NCBI GenBank assembly: GCA_022828125.1
Contig: JAJEJD010000012.1
Location: 193,309-257,308, forward strand
Direction: 5' to 3'
Source of the DNA: a bacterium
Lineage (GTDB): Bacteria > UBA8248
DNA length: 64,000 bases
Within the stretch, counting starts at the first letter, position 1; the number at the start of each line of letters is the position of its first letter. The notes below the pieces were generated by a model. It was not told where the DNA came from and searched no databases. It saw only the letters and a list, made by a program, of their open reading frames with translations. Both the position numbers and the translations under genes were made by a program. Shown piece by piece: positions 1 through 8,154 of this stretch.

Positions 1-904
1 CCGCCGCCGCCGCGAGATTTGTGCTGACGAACACGTTGCTCATCGTCACTGCATCGACTGAGCCCTTGACCACGAGCATCGAGCCGCCGTTGAACCCGAA
101 CCAGCCGAACCAGAGGATGAAGACGCCCAGGGTGACGAGCGGGACGTTTGAGGGCGGCGTCGACTTGACGCTTCCGTCCTCGCGGAACTTGCCGCGCCGT
201 GCGCCCACGACGATTACGCCCGCAAGCGCCGCCCATCCACCGGTCGAGTGCACGATGGTGGAACCGGCGAAATCACTGAAACCCAGCTCCGTGAGCCAGC
301 CTCCGCCCCACGTCCAGGCGCCCACCAGCGGGTAGACGATTCCGGTCAGGACGGCGATGAAGACGAAGAACGACCACAGCTTCACGCGCTCGGCGAGGGC
401 GCCCGAGACGATGGAGGCGGTGGTCGCCACGAACGTCATCTGGAAAAACCAGAAAGACATGCTGGCGTAGTCGGTCCCGAGCACGGTCTTCGTGGCCTTC
501 TCGTTCCCGGCCAGTATGGCGAATTCATCCGCCGAGGGTCTGAACAAGAGTTTGACCGAACCGATCCAGCCCCCGACGTCCACGAACATCAGGTTGTAAC
601 CGATGATGTAGAACATGATCCCGGCGATCCCGTAAAGACCGATGTTCTTGAGACAAATCACCGAGGCGTTCTTGGTGCGCACCGAACCCGATTCGAGCAT
701 CGTGAAGCCCGCGCACATCCACATGATGAGCACACCACAGATCAGCAAAAAGAAGGTGTTGAATATGAACTTATCGTTTGCGACCTGAGTCTCGACGGGC
801 ATGGCCGCCTCCGCTCCGCTCGCGGCGAAAACAAGAACAACGAAGGCGAGAAACGCTCCCCGGACGGCAGGCCATGGAAGAGAAATTCGATGACGGTTTT
901 TCAT
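1..904 (-). CDS. amt: ammonium transporter (Amt family), partial; C-terminus runs off the window start
   Basis: Reverse-strand translation from ATG (904..902) gives a signal peptide then FNTFFLLICGVLIMWMCAGFTMLESGSVRTKN...ILWFGWFGFNGGS, which are typical Amt/AmtB motifs. No stop codon before position 1. Not in the ORF track because it is open-ended. Confidence 0.85.
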   Translation of the reverse strand, partial: MKNRHRISLPWPAVRGAFLAFVVLVFAASGAEAAMPVETQVANDKFIFNTFFLLICGVLIMWMCAGFTMLESGSVRTKNASVICLKNIGLYGIAGIMFYIIGYNLMFVDVGGWIGSVKLLFRPSADEFAILAGNEKATKTVLGTDYASMSFWFFQMTFVATTASIVSGALAERVKLWSFFVFIAVLTGIVYPLVGAWTWGGGWLTELGFSDFAGSTIVHSTGGWAALAGVIVVGARRGKFREDGSVKSTPPSNVPLVTLGVFILWFGWFGFNGGSMLVVKGSVDAVTMSNVFVSTNLAAAA

Positions 905-1322
905 GAGCTCACTCCCATTCTTGTGAAAACCGGTTTAATTTCGCTTCGTTCCCGAAGAGATTCTGTTTGGCGAAAAGGTGTAGCGGGCGGAACAGAGGCG
1001 GATAAAACATGACGCGCCGTGTATTCATCGGGGCGAGGCGGAACGAGGATCACCATACACGCCTCCGGATAGGGCCGTCGATATGTGCCGCAATTGTATT
1101 GAAAACATATTAGTGCATGGGAAGGAAAAGATTCAAGAAATTTTTTTCACGAGGATGCTCGCGGGTTCGGCGCGACCCGGCTTCACCGCATCGATCAAAT
1201 CGCTCCCGCCGCCCCTGGTGTCCGGCTCCACAGCCGATGCCCGGGTGTGAGAAAACCCGCCCCCCCACGCATCGCTCGGAGCGAATACCCCGAAACCGGG
1301 CGGAGGCGCAGGAACTCGCCTT

Positions 1323-1439
1323 GAAAACCAACCCCCCCTTGTCAGGGGGGCAAGAAAAATCAAAACCCCCCTCAGCCCGGCGGGGGCGCATCGCCTTTTT
1401 ATACCCCCCTGACAAGGGGGGGTAGGGGGGGTTGGTTTT
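1323..1439. repeat. MITE-like palindromic element, family R1, copy 1 (left arm lacks the TACCCCCCC unit)
   Basis: Arms AAAACCAACCCCCCCTTGTCAGGGGGG and CCCCCCTGACAAGGGGGGGTAGGGGGGGTTGGTTTT. Internal ...GGGGGCGCATCGCCTTTTTATA hairpin with a T-tract. Confidence 0.8.
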
Positions 1440-1595
1440 ATGGGGTTCCCCTTTCAGGGTGGGTGCCTTTATCCCCTGAGGAGGGGGACTTTTTCAACAA
1501 GTCTCGATTCCCCGGAATTGGACGCCGTCCGGCGCTTCAGGCCGCATAAATAAGCGCCCGCCGGTCGGCGGGCGCTTATTGCTCGATGGCGAGAC

Positions 1596-2201
1596 TCAAG
1601 AAGGCAGGGGCACGTCTTTCCCGTAAATCTGCTCGGACTGCTCTTGCGTCACGGGGTTGCCCTCGGGATCGTGCAAGGGATAGGCCTTGAGTGTGCGCAT
1701 GAAGACCTGGAAACCATAGTGAATCGCCACCATCGCGCCGATCTCCATGATCTGGGCTTCTGAAAAGTGCTTCTTGCCCTCATCGTAGAATTCCTTGTCG
1801 AGTCTCGCGGCGTCCCGGTACATCCAGTAGGAATAGCGGAGCGCCCACTTCTCGGCTTCGGTGAACTGCGGGTCGTTCTCGAAATCTCCGCAGGCGGCCT
1901 CAATGCGTTCTTCCGTCAGGCCCTCTTTTTTCGCCTGCTCGGAGCGAAGGTTCGCAAAGTAGGTGTCCTGCGCGGTTCTGGCGAGCTGGATGCGGATCAT
2001 CTCCTTGAGCTTGTGGTCCACCCCGCCCATGGCGTGGGAGCGGTGCATGGCGTCGTGCAGGTTGGCGGCATAGCCGGGCGCATGGGCCATGATGCGCGAG
2101 AAAAGCGCATCGGGCGCCTGGGTTTCGGCGGTGCGCTCCATGACGCGCTTCCAGTTCTTCTCTTCAATTCCTTCGGGTTCGAGCGGCTCGATAATCGGCA
2201 T
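1596..2201 (-). CDS. carboxymuconolactone decarboxylase (CMD/AhpD-like) family protein, Cys-less at the CxxC position
   Basis: 201 aa ORF with the CMD-family HKLKEMIRIQL block. GGAGG RBS 6 nt upstream of the ATG. Paralogous to the gene immediately upstream. Confidence 0.75.
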   Translation of the reverse strand: MPIIEPLEPEGIEEKNWKRVMERTAETQAPDALFSRIMAHAPGYAANLHDAMHRSHAMGGVDHKLKEMIRIQLARTAQDTYFANLRSEQAKKEGLTEERIEAACGDFENDPQFTEAEKWALRYSYWMYRDAARLDKEFYDEGKKHFSEAQIMEIGAMVAIHYGFQVFMRTLKAYPLHDPEGNPVTQEQSEQIYGKDVPLPS

Positions 2202-2210
2202 GTTCTCCTC

Positions 2211-2873
2211 CTAGCTTCCGCCTGCCTGTTGCGCCTCACCCTCTTCGATCGCGCGAGCGAGCGGGCCGCTCAGGTGCGATACGGGGCAATCGCCGTAGAT
2301 GCGGCGCGATTCCTCCTGACTCACCAGCCGGCCGTCGGGGGTGAACATGGGGTAGAAATCGAGTGTTCTGAAAAAGGTGTGGTAGCCCACGTTGAAGCCG
2401 ATGAAAGAGCCGAGCTCAACAATTTCCTCATCCGAGTAGTGCTCGCGCAGCCTTGCGTAGAAGGCCTCGTCGATCTTCTCGGGCTCCGAATCCATGAGTT
2501 CACTGTATTCAAGCGCGAGTTTTTCGGCCTCGGTGAAAAGCTCGCTCTCGTGCCAGTTGTCGATGCCCTCGTCTATCATCTCTTCCGTCAAGCCTGCCTG
2601 CTTCGCCGAAGCAGAGCGCACGTTACCTCAGTAGTTGCAAAAGGCGCGGCGCGATAGCTGGACGCGGATGATCTCCTTGAGCTTGTGGTCGATGACGCCG
2701 GTGTTGAACACCGTGCCCCACGCGAGGTACATCGATTTCGCCAGATCCTCGTTGTGGCCCTGCATGGCGTGAAAGGCGGGGTCGGGCGCGCGGTGTTTTA
2801 ACGCCTTGTTGACGAACGGCGCCAGCTTCGTCTTCTTCAGATCCTCGATGTCGAGCATGGTGATGTTGGACAT
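2211..2873 (-). CDS. CMD/AhpD-like family protein with an in-frame TGA (2628..2630) in a C-N-Y-U motif; selenoprotein candidate (AhpD-like selenoprotein)
   Basis: ORFs 2628..2873 and 2211..2621 are in the same frame, separated only by TGA plus 2 codons. Joined product is ...HKLKEIIRVQLSRRAFCNY-U-GNVRSASAKQAGLTEEMI.... It aligns to the CMD consensus GCaYC, with Sec at the second Cys. The paralog 1596..2201 has DTYF at this position. Confidence 0.6.
2598..2614 (-). promoter_or_regulatory. hairpin (7 bp stem CUGCUUC/GAAGCAG) 13 nt 3' of the in-frame UGA; candidate bacterial SECIS
   Basis: mRNA reads UGAGGUAACGUGCGCUCUGCUUCGGCGAAGCAGGCAGG; perfect inverted repeat read directly from the sequence. 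Confidence 0.4.
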
Positions 2874-2922
2874 ATGAAATCTCCCTGAAAATGATGTGCG
2901 GGATAAATTGTCGGCTATCGCA

Positions 2923-4290
2923 TCAGGCTCCGCTCTCTGCCTGAACGCGGCGCAGGGCGGTGTCGAGAGCGGAGGCGGCGCGCTCGGCCTCTTCTTCGGT
3001 CAAGACCAGCGGCGGACTGATGGTGACGGTGTTCGAAGGACCTGCGGCGATACCTGCGTTCTTGCCGAAGATCACGCCTTGCTCCTTCGCGTAGGCCAGC
3101 ACCTTCGCCGTGGCCGCCGTGGATAGCGGCGCGCCGTCTTCCTCTATCAACTCCACGCCCCAGATGAGGCCCACGCCCCGCACGTCGCCCACGCAGGGGA
3201 TGTCGGAGAGTTTGCCCAAAAGCCCGCCGAGATATGCGCCCACCTTGGCGCCGCGCGCGGGCAACTCCTCGTCCATCATGATTTCGAGATTCTTGAGCGA
3301 CGCCGCGCAGGCGACGGGGTGTCCGCCGTAGGTGTTTATCTGCAGAAAGCCTGAGTCTCCTTCGGCGTTCAAGGCCTCGAATATCTCGTTCGTGGTCGCC
3401 GTCGCCCCGATGGGCAGATAAGCGCTGCTCAGCCCCTTGGCCATCGTCATGATGTCCGGCTCGATCTCGTACAGATCGGAGGCGAAGAGTTCTCCCGTGC
3501 GCCCGAAGCCGGTGATGACCTCATCCGCGATAAACAAAACGCCGTGGTTCCGGCACACCTCGCGCATGCGTTTCAAATAATCCGCGGGCGGTGGAATCAC
3601 CCCGCCGCCGCCGATGACGGGCTCAGCGATGAACGCCGCCACGGTCTCGGGGTCTTCGTAGCGGATGACCTCATCCAACTCGTCCGCGCACCGGCGGGCG
3701 AGTTCTTCCTCGGTGTCCGCGTTGCTTCGGTAGAAATAGGGCGCGCTCACGTGAATCACGCCCGGCAGAAGCGGCTCGAACATCGCGCGCCGGAGCGTCT
3801 GGCCGGTGAGGCTGGCGCCTCCGATGGTCGCCCCGTGATAGCCCTGGTGGCGGGCGATGATCTTGTATCGCCTCCCGCCGTTCAAGCGGCCATAGGCGCG
3901 GGCCAGCTTGATGGCCGTGTCCACGGCTTCTGAGCCCGAGTTCACGAACCAGACGCGCTCGACCCCTTCGGGCAGCAAGGACGCGAGCCGCTCGGCGAGC
4001 CTCGCCGCGGGGGGATTCACCTGCGTCAGTGGATAGTACGCCAACTCCAGCATCTGCTCGTAGGCCGCCTTGGCCACCTCGTCGCGCCCGTAGCCGATGT
4101 TCACGCACCAAAGCCCCGCCATGGCGTCGATGTATTCCTTGCCGGAGGCGTCCTGGATGGTCGAACCCCTGGCCTTGACCACGACGTCGAGGGGATTTTC
4201 CTCTATCCCGGAATGGTTCATGAGCGGATGCCAGACGTGTTCCTTGTCCATCGCCCGCAAGGATTCGGCTTCGGCTATGGCTGGATTCAT
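2923..4290 (-). CDS. class III (omega) aminotransferase, PLP-dependent
   Basis: Motifs GLWCVNIGYGRDEV, VNSGSEAVDTAIKLAR, ARHQGYHGATIGGASLTGQ. Start set at the internal Met with a GAGGGG RBS (ORF track starts 13 codons earlier, at 4329). Confidence 0.8.
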   Translation of the reverse strand: MNPAIAEAESLRAMDKEHVWHPLMNHSGIEENPLDVVVKARGSTIQDASGKEYIDAMAGLWCVNIGYGRDEVAKAAYEQMLELAYYPLTQVNPPAARLAERLASLLPEGVERVWFVNSGSEAVDTAIKLARAYGRLNGGRRYKIIARHQGYHGATIGGASLTGQTLRRAMFEPLLPGVIHVSAPYFYRSNADTEEELARRCADELDEVIRYEDPETVAAFIAEPVIGGGGVIPPPADYLKRMREVCRNHGVLFIADEVITGFGRTGELFASDLYEIEPDIMTMAKGLSSAYLPIGATATTNEIFEALNAEGDSGFLQINTYGGHPVACAASLKNLEIMMDEELPARGAKVGAYLGGLLGKLSDIPCVGDVRGVGLIWGVELIEEDGAPLSTAATAKVLAYAKEQGVIFGKNAGIAAGPSNTVTISPPLVLTEEEAERAASALDTALRRVQAESGA

Positions 4291-4384
4291 GAGGGTCCCC
4301 TCTCGGGTTTCAGCAATTCGGAATTCCATTGATCGATGCGAAAATCTTAATGCGCAAACGGGTGCGAATCAACCGCCGGGAGAA

Positions 4385-5371
4385 CTAGCCCGGCGTATAT
4401 TCGGGGCTTTCGCTCCTGATCCGAAAGGCCTGGCGCCCGACCCCCTCGATTTCGCCTTCTATCAAGTCGCCCTCCTGGAGATATTCCCCCCACGAGGCGG
4501 CGTTGCCGGCAGGAGAGCCGGTGCCGATGATGTCGCCCGTCCGAAGCGTGGCGATCCCCGATAGATACGATACCTGCTCGGCGACCCGCCAGACCATGTC
4601 GCCCGTGGTGGCGTCTTGTCTCAGTTCGCCGTTCACCCAGAGCTTGAGCCTCAAATCGTGGGGGTCGAGCCCCTCCTCGGGGAGCAGGATGTAGGGGCCG
4701 ATGGGAGCGAAGCCGTCCGGGGCCTTCATGGCGTACCAGTCGATGAACTTTCCCATGTTGAGCGTCGTGCGGTCGCTCATGTCGTTGAACAGGGTGTAAC
4801 CGCCCACGTGATCCATGGCTCTTTCCACCGGAATGTTCTTGCCGCCCTGTCCGATGAGCACGCCGAGTTCGAGTTCGTAGTCGAGCTTTTCCATCGAGGG
4901 ATAGACGGGCACGTCCTCATATGGGCCGCTCACGCACGTGGCGGGCTTCAGGAAACAGTAGAGCGGGAGCTCCTCCTTGAAATCATCCACTTCGGTGCGC
5001 GCCATCTCGGCGGCATGGGCCACATAGTTTCTCGCCATGCAGAACAGCGTGTCCGGCACGACGGGGGGAAGAATCTCGACTTCATCGGGTTCATAGACCA
5101 CCTGCATTCCGTCGAAGCGAGCCGGGTCCTTTTTGCTCCCGTGCGCTTCGAGTGCTTCGAGAGCCTCCTCGGCGAGAGGACGGTTCAGTTCCAGGTCCTC
5201 GATGAACTCCTCGCAATCATGGGGGATCTCGGCCTCGACGCGATCCATGGCCTCCGCCGCTGTTTCCTCATCGAGCGACAGGGCGTAGGCCAGTTTCAGA
5301 TCGGCGATTCTCTCCCTGAACAGGACGCCGATGCGCGCCTCGCCCGCCAGACTGAACGTACAGATTCGCAT
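4385..5371 (-). CDS. fumarylacetoacetate hydrolase (FAH) family protein
   Basis: 328 aa; FAH-family C-terminal fold pattern (GDIIGTGSPAG..., EGVG). GGAGG RBS before the ATG at 5371. Confidence 0.75.
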   Translation of the reverse strand: MRICTFSLAGEARIGVLFRERIADLKLAYALSLDEETAAEAMDRVEAEIPHDCEEFIEDLELNRPLAEEALEALEAHGSKKDPARFDGMQVVYEPDEVEILPPVVPDTLFCMARNYVAHAAEMARTEVDDFKEELPLYCFLKPATCVSGPYEDVPVYPSMEKLDYELELGVLIGQGGKNIPVERAMDHVGGYTLFNDMSDRTTLNMGKFIDWYAMKAPDGFAPIGPYILLPEEGLDPHDLRLKLWVNGELRQDATTGDMVWRVAEQVSYLSGIATLRTGDIIGTGSPAGNAASWGEYLQEGDLIEGEIEGVGRQAFRIRSESPEYTPG

Positions 5372-5510
5372 GAAGGTGAGCCTCCAGGTTTCAAGTCCGC
5401 GACAAGGGGAATCCTACCACAGGGGCGCGGGCGATGCCGCACCGCTCGTAATACAGCGTTCCAGGAAGACCAGCTAGGCTCGAAACGCCAAGACGCGTCC
5501 TGAAGCGATT

Positions 5511-6356
5511 TTATTCCGTTCTTCGGTGCCGGTTCAGAAAATCGAGAATCAGCCGCCGCGCCTTCTCGTTGCGAGAGAGGTTGTGCGCCCGGCCCTCGAA
5601 AAGGTGAAACGCCATGTTCACGCCCCGCGCCCTTGCCTTGCGCAGGCACGAATCGGCGGGCCTGCCTCGCCTCCAAGGGTCGTCTTTCGAATACAGCGCG
5701 AGTGCGGGCGTACCGATCGGCATCCGAACGCCTCGCCAGCATACGGAACCACTGATGACGTGGGCGCTGAACTCATCCCCTTCATAGGCGGCGACCGCGG
5801 TGCCGCCTTGGCTATGTCCCGCCAGGAAGAGGTTTTTCCGGTCCACCCACCGAATGCGCCGGACTCGATATTCCGCGTGATGAATCTCCTCCTGCCGCAT
5901 CCGGCTCACCCGCCGGTGCGGCGCTCCCTTTATGCCTCGGTGTCGGGAAGGATCGCAGGTCTCGGGCCGGTAGCGGCGGGCGAAGCTGTCGGGCGCGATG
6001 ACGGCGTATCCCGCCCGCGCCAGAAACCGCATATAGCGCAAGTTTCCCCGGCCCAGCCCGGTGCAGCCGTGCGCGAAAATGACGGTGGGGCGTTTTCTCT
6101 TGAGGCCCGCGAGTTTTTGCTGAATGAAACCGTCGCTCATCCTGCCTTCGATGAGCGCGTCTTCTGCCTCGAACATGACGTAAGCGGCGTCGAAGGTGCG
6201 CCTCGCCTCCTCAAACAGATCGAGCGTTTTGGGGTCGACCCCTCCGGCGCAGCCCGATAAGAGATAACAAACCAACATCAGGATGAAGATAGAATGCCGC
6301 GTGGATGAATAACCGACAGTTCCGCGCCTCATAAACCCCCTAGACCACACCCTCAT
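5511..6356 (-). CDS. alpha/beta hydrolase lipoprotein, dienelactone hydrolase-like
   Basis: Lipobox LLSGCAGG, nucleophile elbow GHSQGG, DLH-like length. Start may instead be the internal Met at about 6332. Confidence 0.6.
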   Translation of the reverse strand: MRVWSRGFMRRGTVGYSSTRHSIFILMLVCYLLSGCAGGVDPKTLDLFEEARRTFDAAYVMFEAEDALIEGRMSDGFIQQKLAGLKRKRPTVIFAHGCTGLGRGNLRYMRFLARAGYAVIAPDSFARRYRPETCDPSRHRGIKGAPHRRVSRMRQEEIHHAEYRVRRIRWVDRKNLFLAGHSQGGTAVAAYEGDEFSAHVISGSVCWRGVRMPIGTPALALYSKDDPWRRGRPADSCLRKARARGVNMAFHLFEGRAHNLSRNEKARRLILDFLNRHRRTE

Positions 6357-7572
6357 CTTCCAGCTCTTTCAACTCAGCATCCGATACGCCGAGCAGGCCG
6401 CCGAGGATCTCCGCGTTGTGCTGGCCCACGAGCGGGGCGGGCGTTTTGTAGTCACCCTTTATCTCGCTGAATTTGAAGGGAAAGCCCGGGGCTTTCGCGT
6501 TCTTGAGGGTTCCGAGGGTGGGATGTTCGATGTCGACTATCATCCCGCGCTCTCGCATGTGGGGCCAGGCGAGGATGTCCTCGATGGTGTTCACCGGCCC
6601 GCAGATGACGTCGTGCGCGCGCAGGGAGGAGACCGCTTCTTTCGCCTCGCGGCGCTTCGTCCATTCGGTGATGATGGCGTCGACCTCCGCGACTCTGCTC
6701 ACGCGCCGGCTCATGTCCTCGTAACGCTCATCGCCAATCAATTCGGGGCGCTCGATACCGCGCAGGATGTTGTGCCAATGCGCGTTGGTGCCCGAGGCGA
6801 TGATGACCCAACCGTCTTTCGTCTCATAGGCGTTGAACGGGGCGAGCCGCATGATGCGGTTGCCGATGCGCGGCGGGAGGCCCAGTTGTTCGTAAAAATC
6901 CATCGGCTCATCGAAGATCAGGGAGAAGATGCAGTCGATCATCGAAATGTCGACCTGCTGGCCCTCCCCGGTGCGCTCGCGGTGAAAGAGCGCCGTCATA
7001 ATGGCGCCGAAGGCGAACGTGCCGCCCACGCTGTCACCGAGCGCGGAGCCCGCCTTGGTGGGCGGGCCGTCGGGAAATCCCGTGAGGTTCATGAGGCCCG
7101 AGGCGGCCTGGGAGACGGCGTCGTAGCCCTTGAGGCCCGAATCCGGCCCCGTCTGGCCGTAACCCGTGATGGAGCAGTAGACCAGGGAGGGCTTTCTCGC
7201 ATGGAGCGTCTCGTAGTCAACTTTAAGCCTTTTCGTGACGCCGACGGAGAAATTCTCCACCAGGATGTCGGATTGATCCACGAGCCCGTAGAACATTTCG
7301 AGACCCCGGGGGTCCTTGATGTTCAGGGTGATCGCCTTTTTCGCGCGCGTGCGCTTCAAGTAGGCAATCCCCAGGTCCTCATCCGTCTGGGGATGGTAGG
7401 AGACGCCCTTCTCACCGATGTAGGGTGGCGAATAAGCCACCGGGTCGCCGGTGGCCGGATTGTCGACACGGATGACCTCGGCCCCCAGCCCCGCCAGAAA
7501 AAGCGTGGCCTGCGGACCCGAGAGAAACTGCGTCAGGTCGAGGACGCGGATGCCTTCTAATGGCTTCGTCAT
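6340..7572 (-). CDS. CoA transferase family III (CaiB/BaiF-type)
   Basis: MTKPLEGIRVLDLTQFLSGPQATLFLAGLGAEVIRVD... is the family III CoA-transferase N-terminal signature. Roughly 75% identical to the paralog at 46755..47987. Confidence 0.85.
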   Translation of the reverse strand: MTKPLEGIRVLDLTQFLSGPQATLFLAGLGAEVIRVDNPATGDPVAYSPPYIGEKGVSYHPQTDEDLGIAYLKRTRAKKAITLNIKDPRGLEMFYGLVDQSDILVENFSVGVTKRLKVDYETLHARKPSLVYCSITGYGQTGPDSGLKGYDAVSQAASGLMNLTGFPDGPPTKAGSALGDSVGGTFAFGAIMTALFHRERTGEGQQVDISMIDCIFSLIFDEPMDFYEQLGLPPRIGNRIMRLAPFNAYETKDGWVIIASGTNAHWHNILRGIERPELIGDERYEDMSRRVSRVAEVDAIITEWTKRREAKEAVSSLRAHDVICGPVNTIEDILAWPHMRERGMIVDIEHPTLGTLKNAKAPGFPFKFSEIKGDYKTPAPLVGQHNAEILGGLLGVSDAELKELEDEGVV

Positions 7573-7583
7573 GAAAAGCCGAG

Positions 7584-8126
7584 CTAGCCTTCGAGCAGAA
7601 TCTTCACCGCCTGGCGGGCCGCATCGCCCGCGCGCGCGGAGATTTCCTCATCCGAGAGCGTGCTCAGGGGGTGCTGGATAACCACGGGGTCGAGGTCGTT
7701 CATGCCCAAAGCCGCCCTTTGCACGTGGGCTTCGTGCAGGAAGACCTCGGTCACGACAACGGCGGTGGGCACCCCTTTTTCTTCCAGGGAGATCGCATCG
7801 TGCATACAGCACGAAGTGCAGGAGCCTCAGTCCCCGATCGCCGTCAGGACGACGTCGTTCTCCTCCGCGATCTGCGCGATCAACTCAGGCGCCGCGTTTT
7901 TGGAAAAACTCTCTTTCTTGTAGTAGCGCACCTCGGCGAAGGGGCCTTCCGCCTCCATCAGCGCCGTGGTTTTCTCGAGCAGCCTGCGCCCGTTCCACTT
8001 CGTGTTGTCCAGGACGCCGAGCTTGAGACCCTTCAAATCCCGGACGCGCTGCGCAGTGGGTTGGGCCGCTGCCTCGACCACTCCCCGGGGGTCGTAGACG
8101 ACCTGACCGGTGATGACGTCACTCAT
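7584..8126 (-). CDS. small protein with in-frame TGA (7827..7829) in a D-U-G-S-C-T-S-C-C motif; selenoprotein candidate (UGSC-type)
   Basis: ORFs 7827..8126 and 7584..7805 share one frame, with only TGA plus 7 codons between them. Joined product is about 181 aa: ...VVLTAIGD-U-GSCTSCCMHDAISLEEKGVPTAVVV.... UxxCxxC-like arrangement. Confidence 0.6.
7798..7814 (-). promoter_or_regulatory. hairpin (UCGUGC/GCACGA stem, UGUAU loop) 12 nt 3' of the in-frame UGA; candidate SECIS
   Basis: mRNA reads UGAGGCUCCUGCACUUCGUGCUGUAUGCACGAUG; inverted repeat seen directly. Confidence 0.35.
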
Positions 8127-8154
8127 GGTTTCCTCCAGTTTTCTCTTGCTAACG

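Noticed and set aside
248-1012. Plus-strand ORF 248..1012 (254 aa, Asp/Gly/Arg/His-rich), and similar long antisense ORFs such as 1767..2657(+), 6418..7560(+), 8239..9126(+), 19054..20349(+), 26165..27115(-), 35815..37014(-), 37755..39338(+), 63393..63941(+)
   Set aside because: Each lies antisense to a gene with a strong family match. In 65% GC DNA, long stop-free antisense frames are expected. Their composition is low-complexity (R, G, D, H, A rich).
1110-1425. ORFs 1110..1415(-), 1117..1425(+) and 1133..1363(-) encoding Pro/Gly/Arg-rich peptides (…PPLSGGYKKAMRPRRAEGG…)
   Set aside because: They lie wholly within the R1 MITE copy. The same 'protein' recurs at 37406..37642, 44184..44399 and 44219..44491 because the DNA repeat recurs. 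Composition is dictated by C7/G7 runs.
2622-2630. Interpretation of the CMD gene as a frameshifted or nonsense pseudogene
   Set aside because: It is a single clean in-frame TGA exactly at the CxxC second-Cys position, with a hairpin downstream, and two further genes in the window show the same pattern. Pseudogene remains the fallback if Sec machinery is absent.
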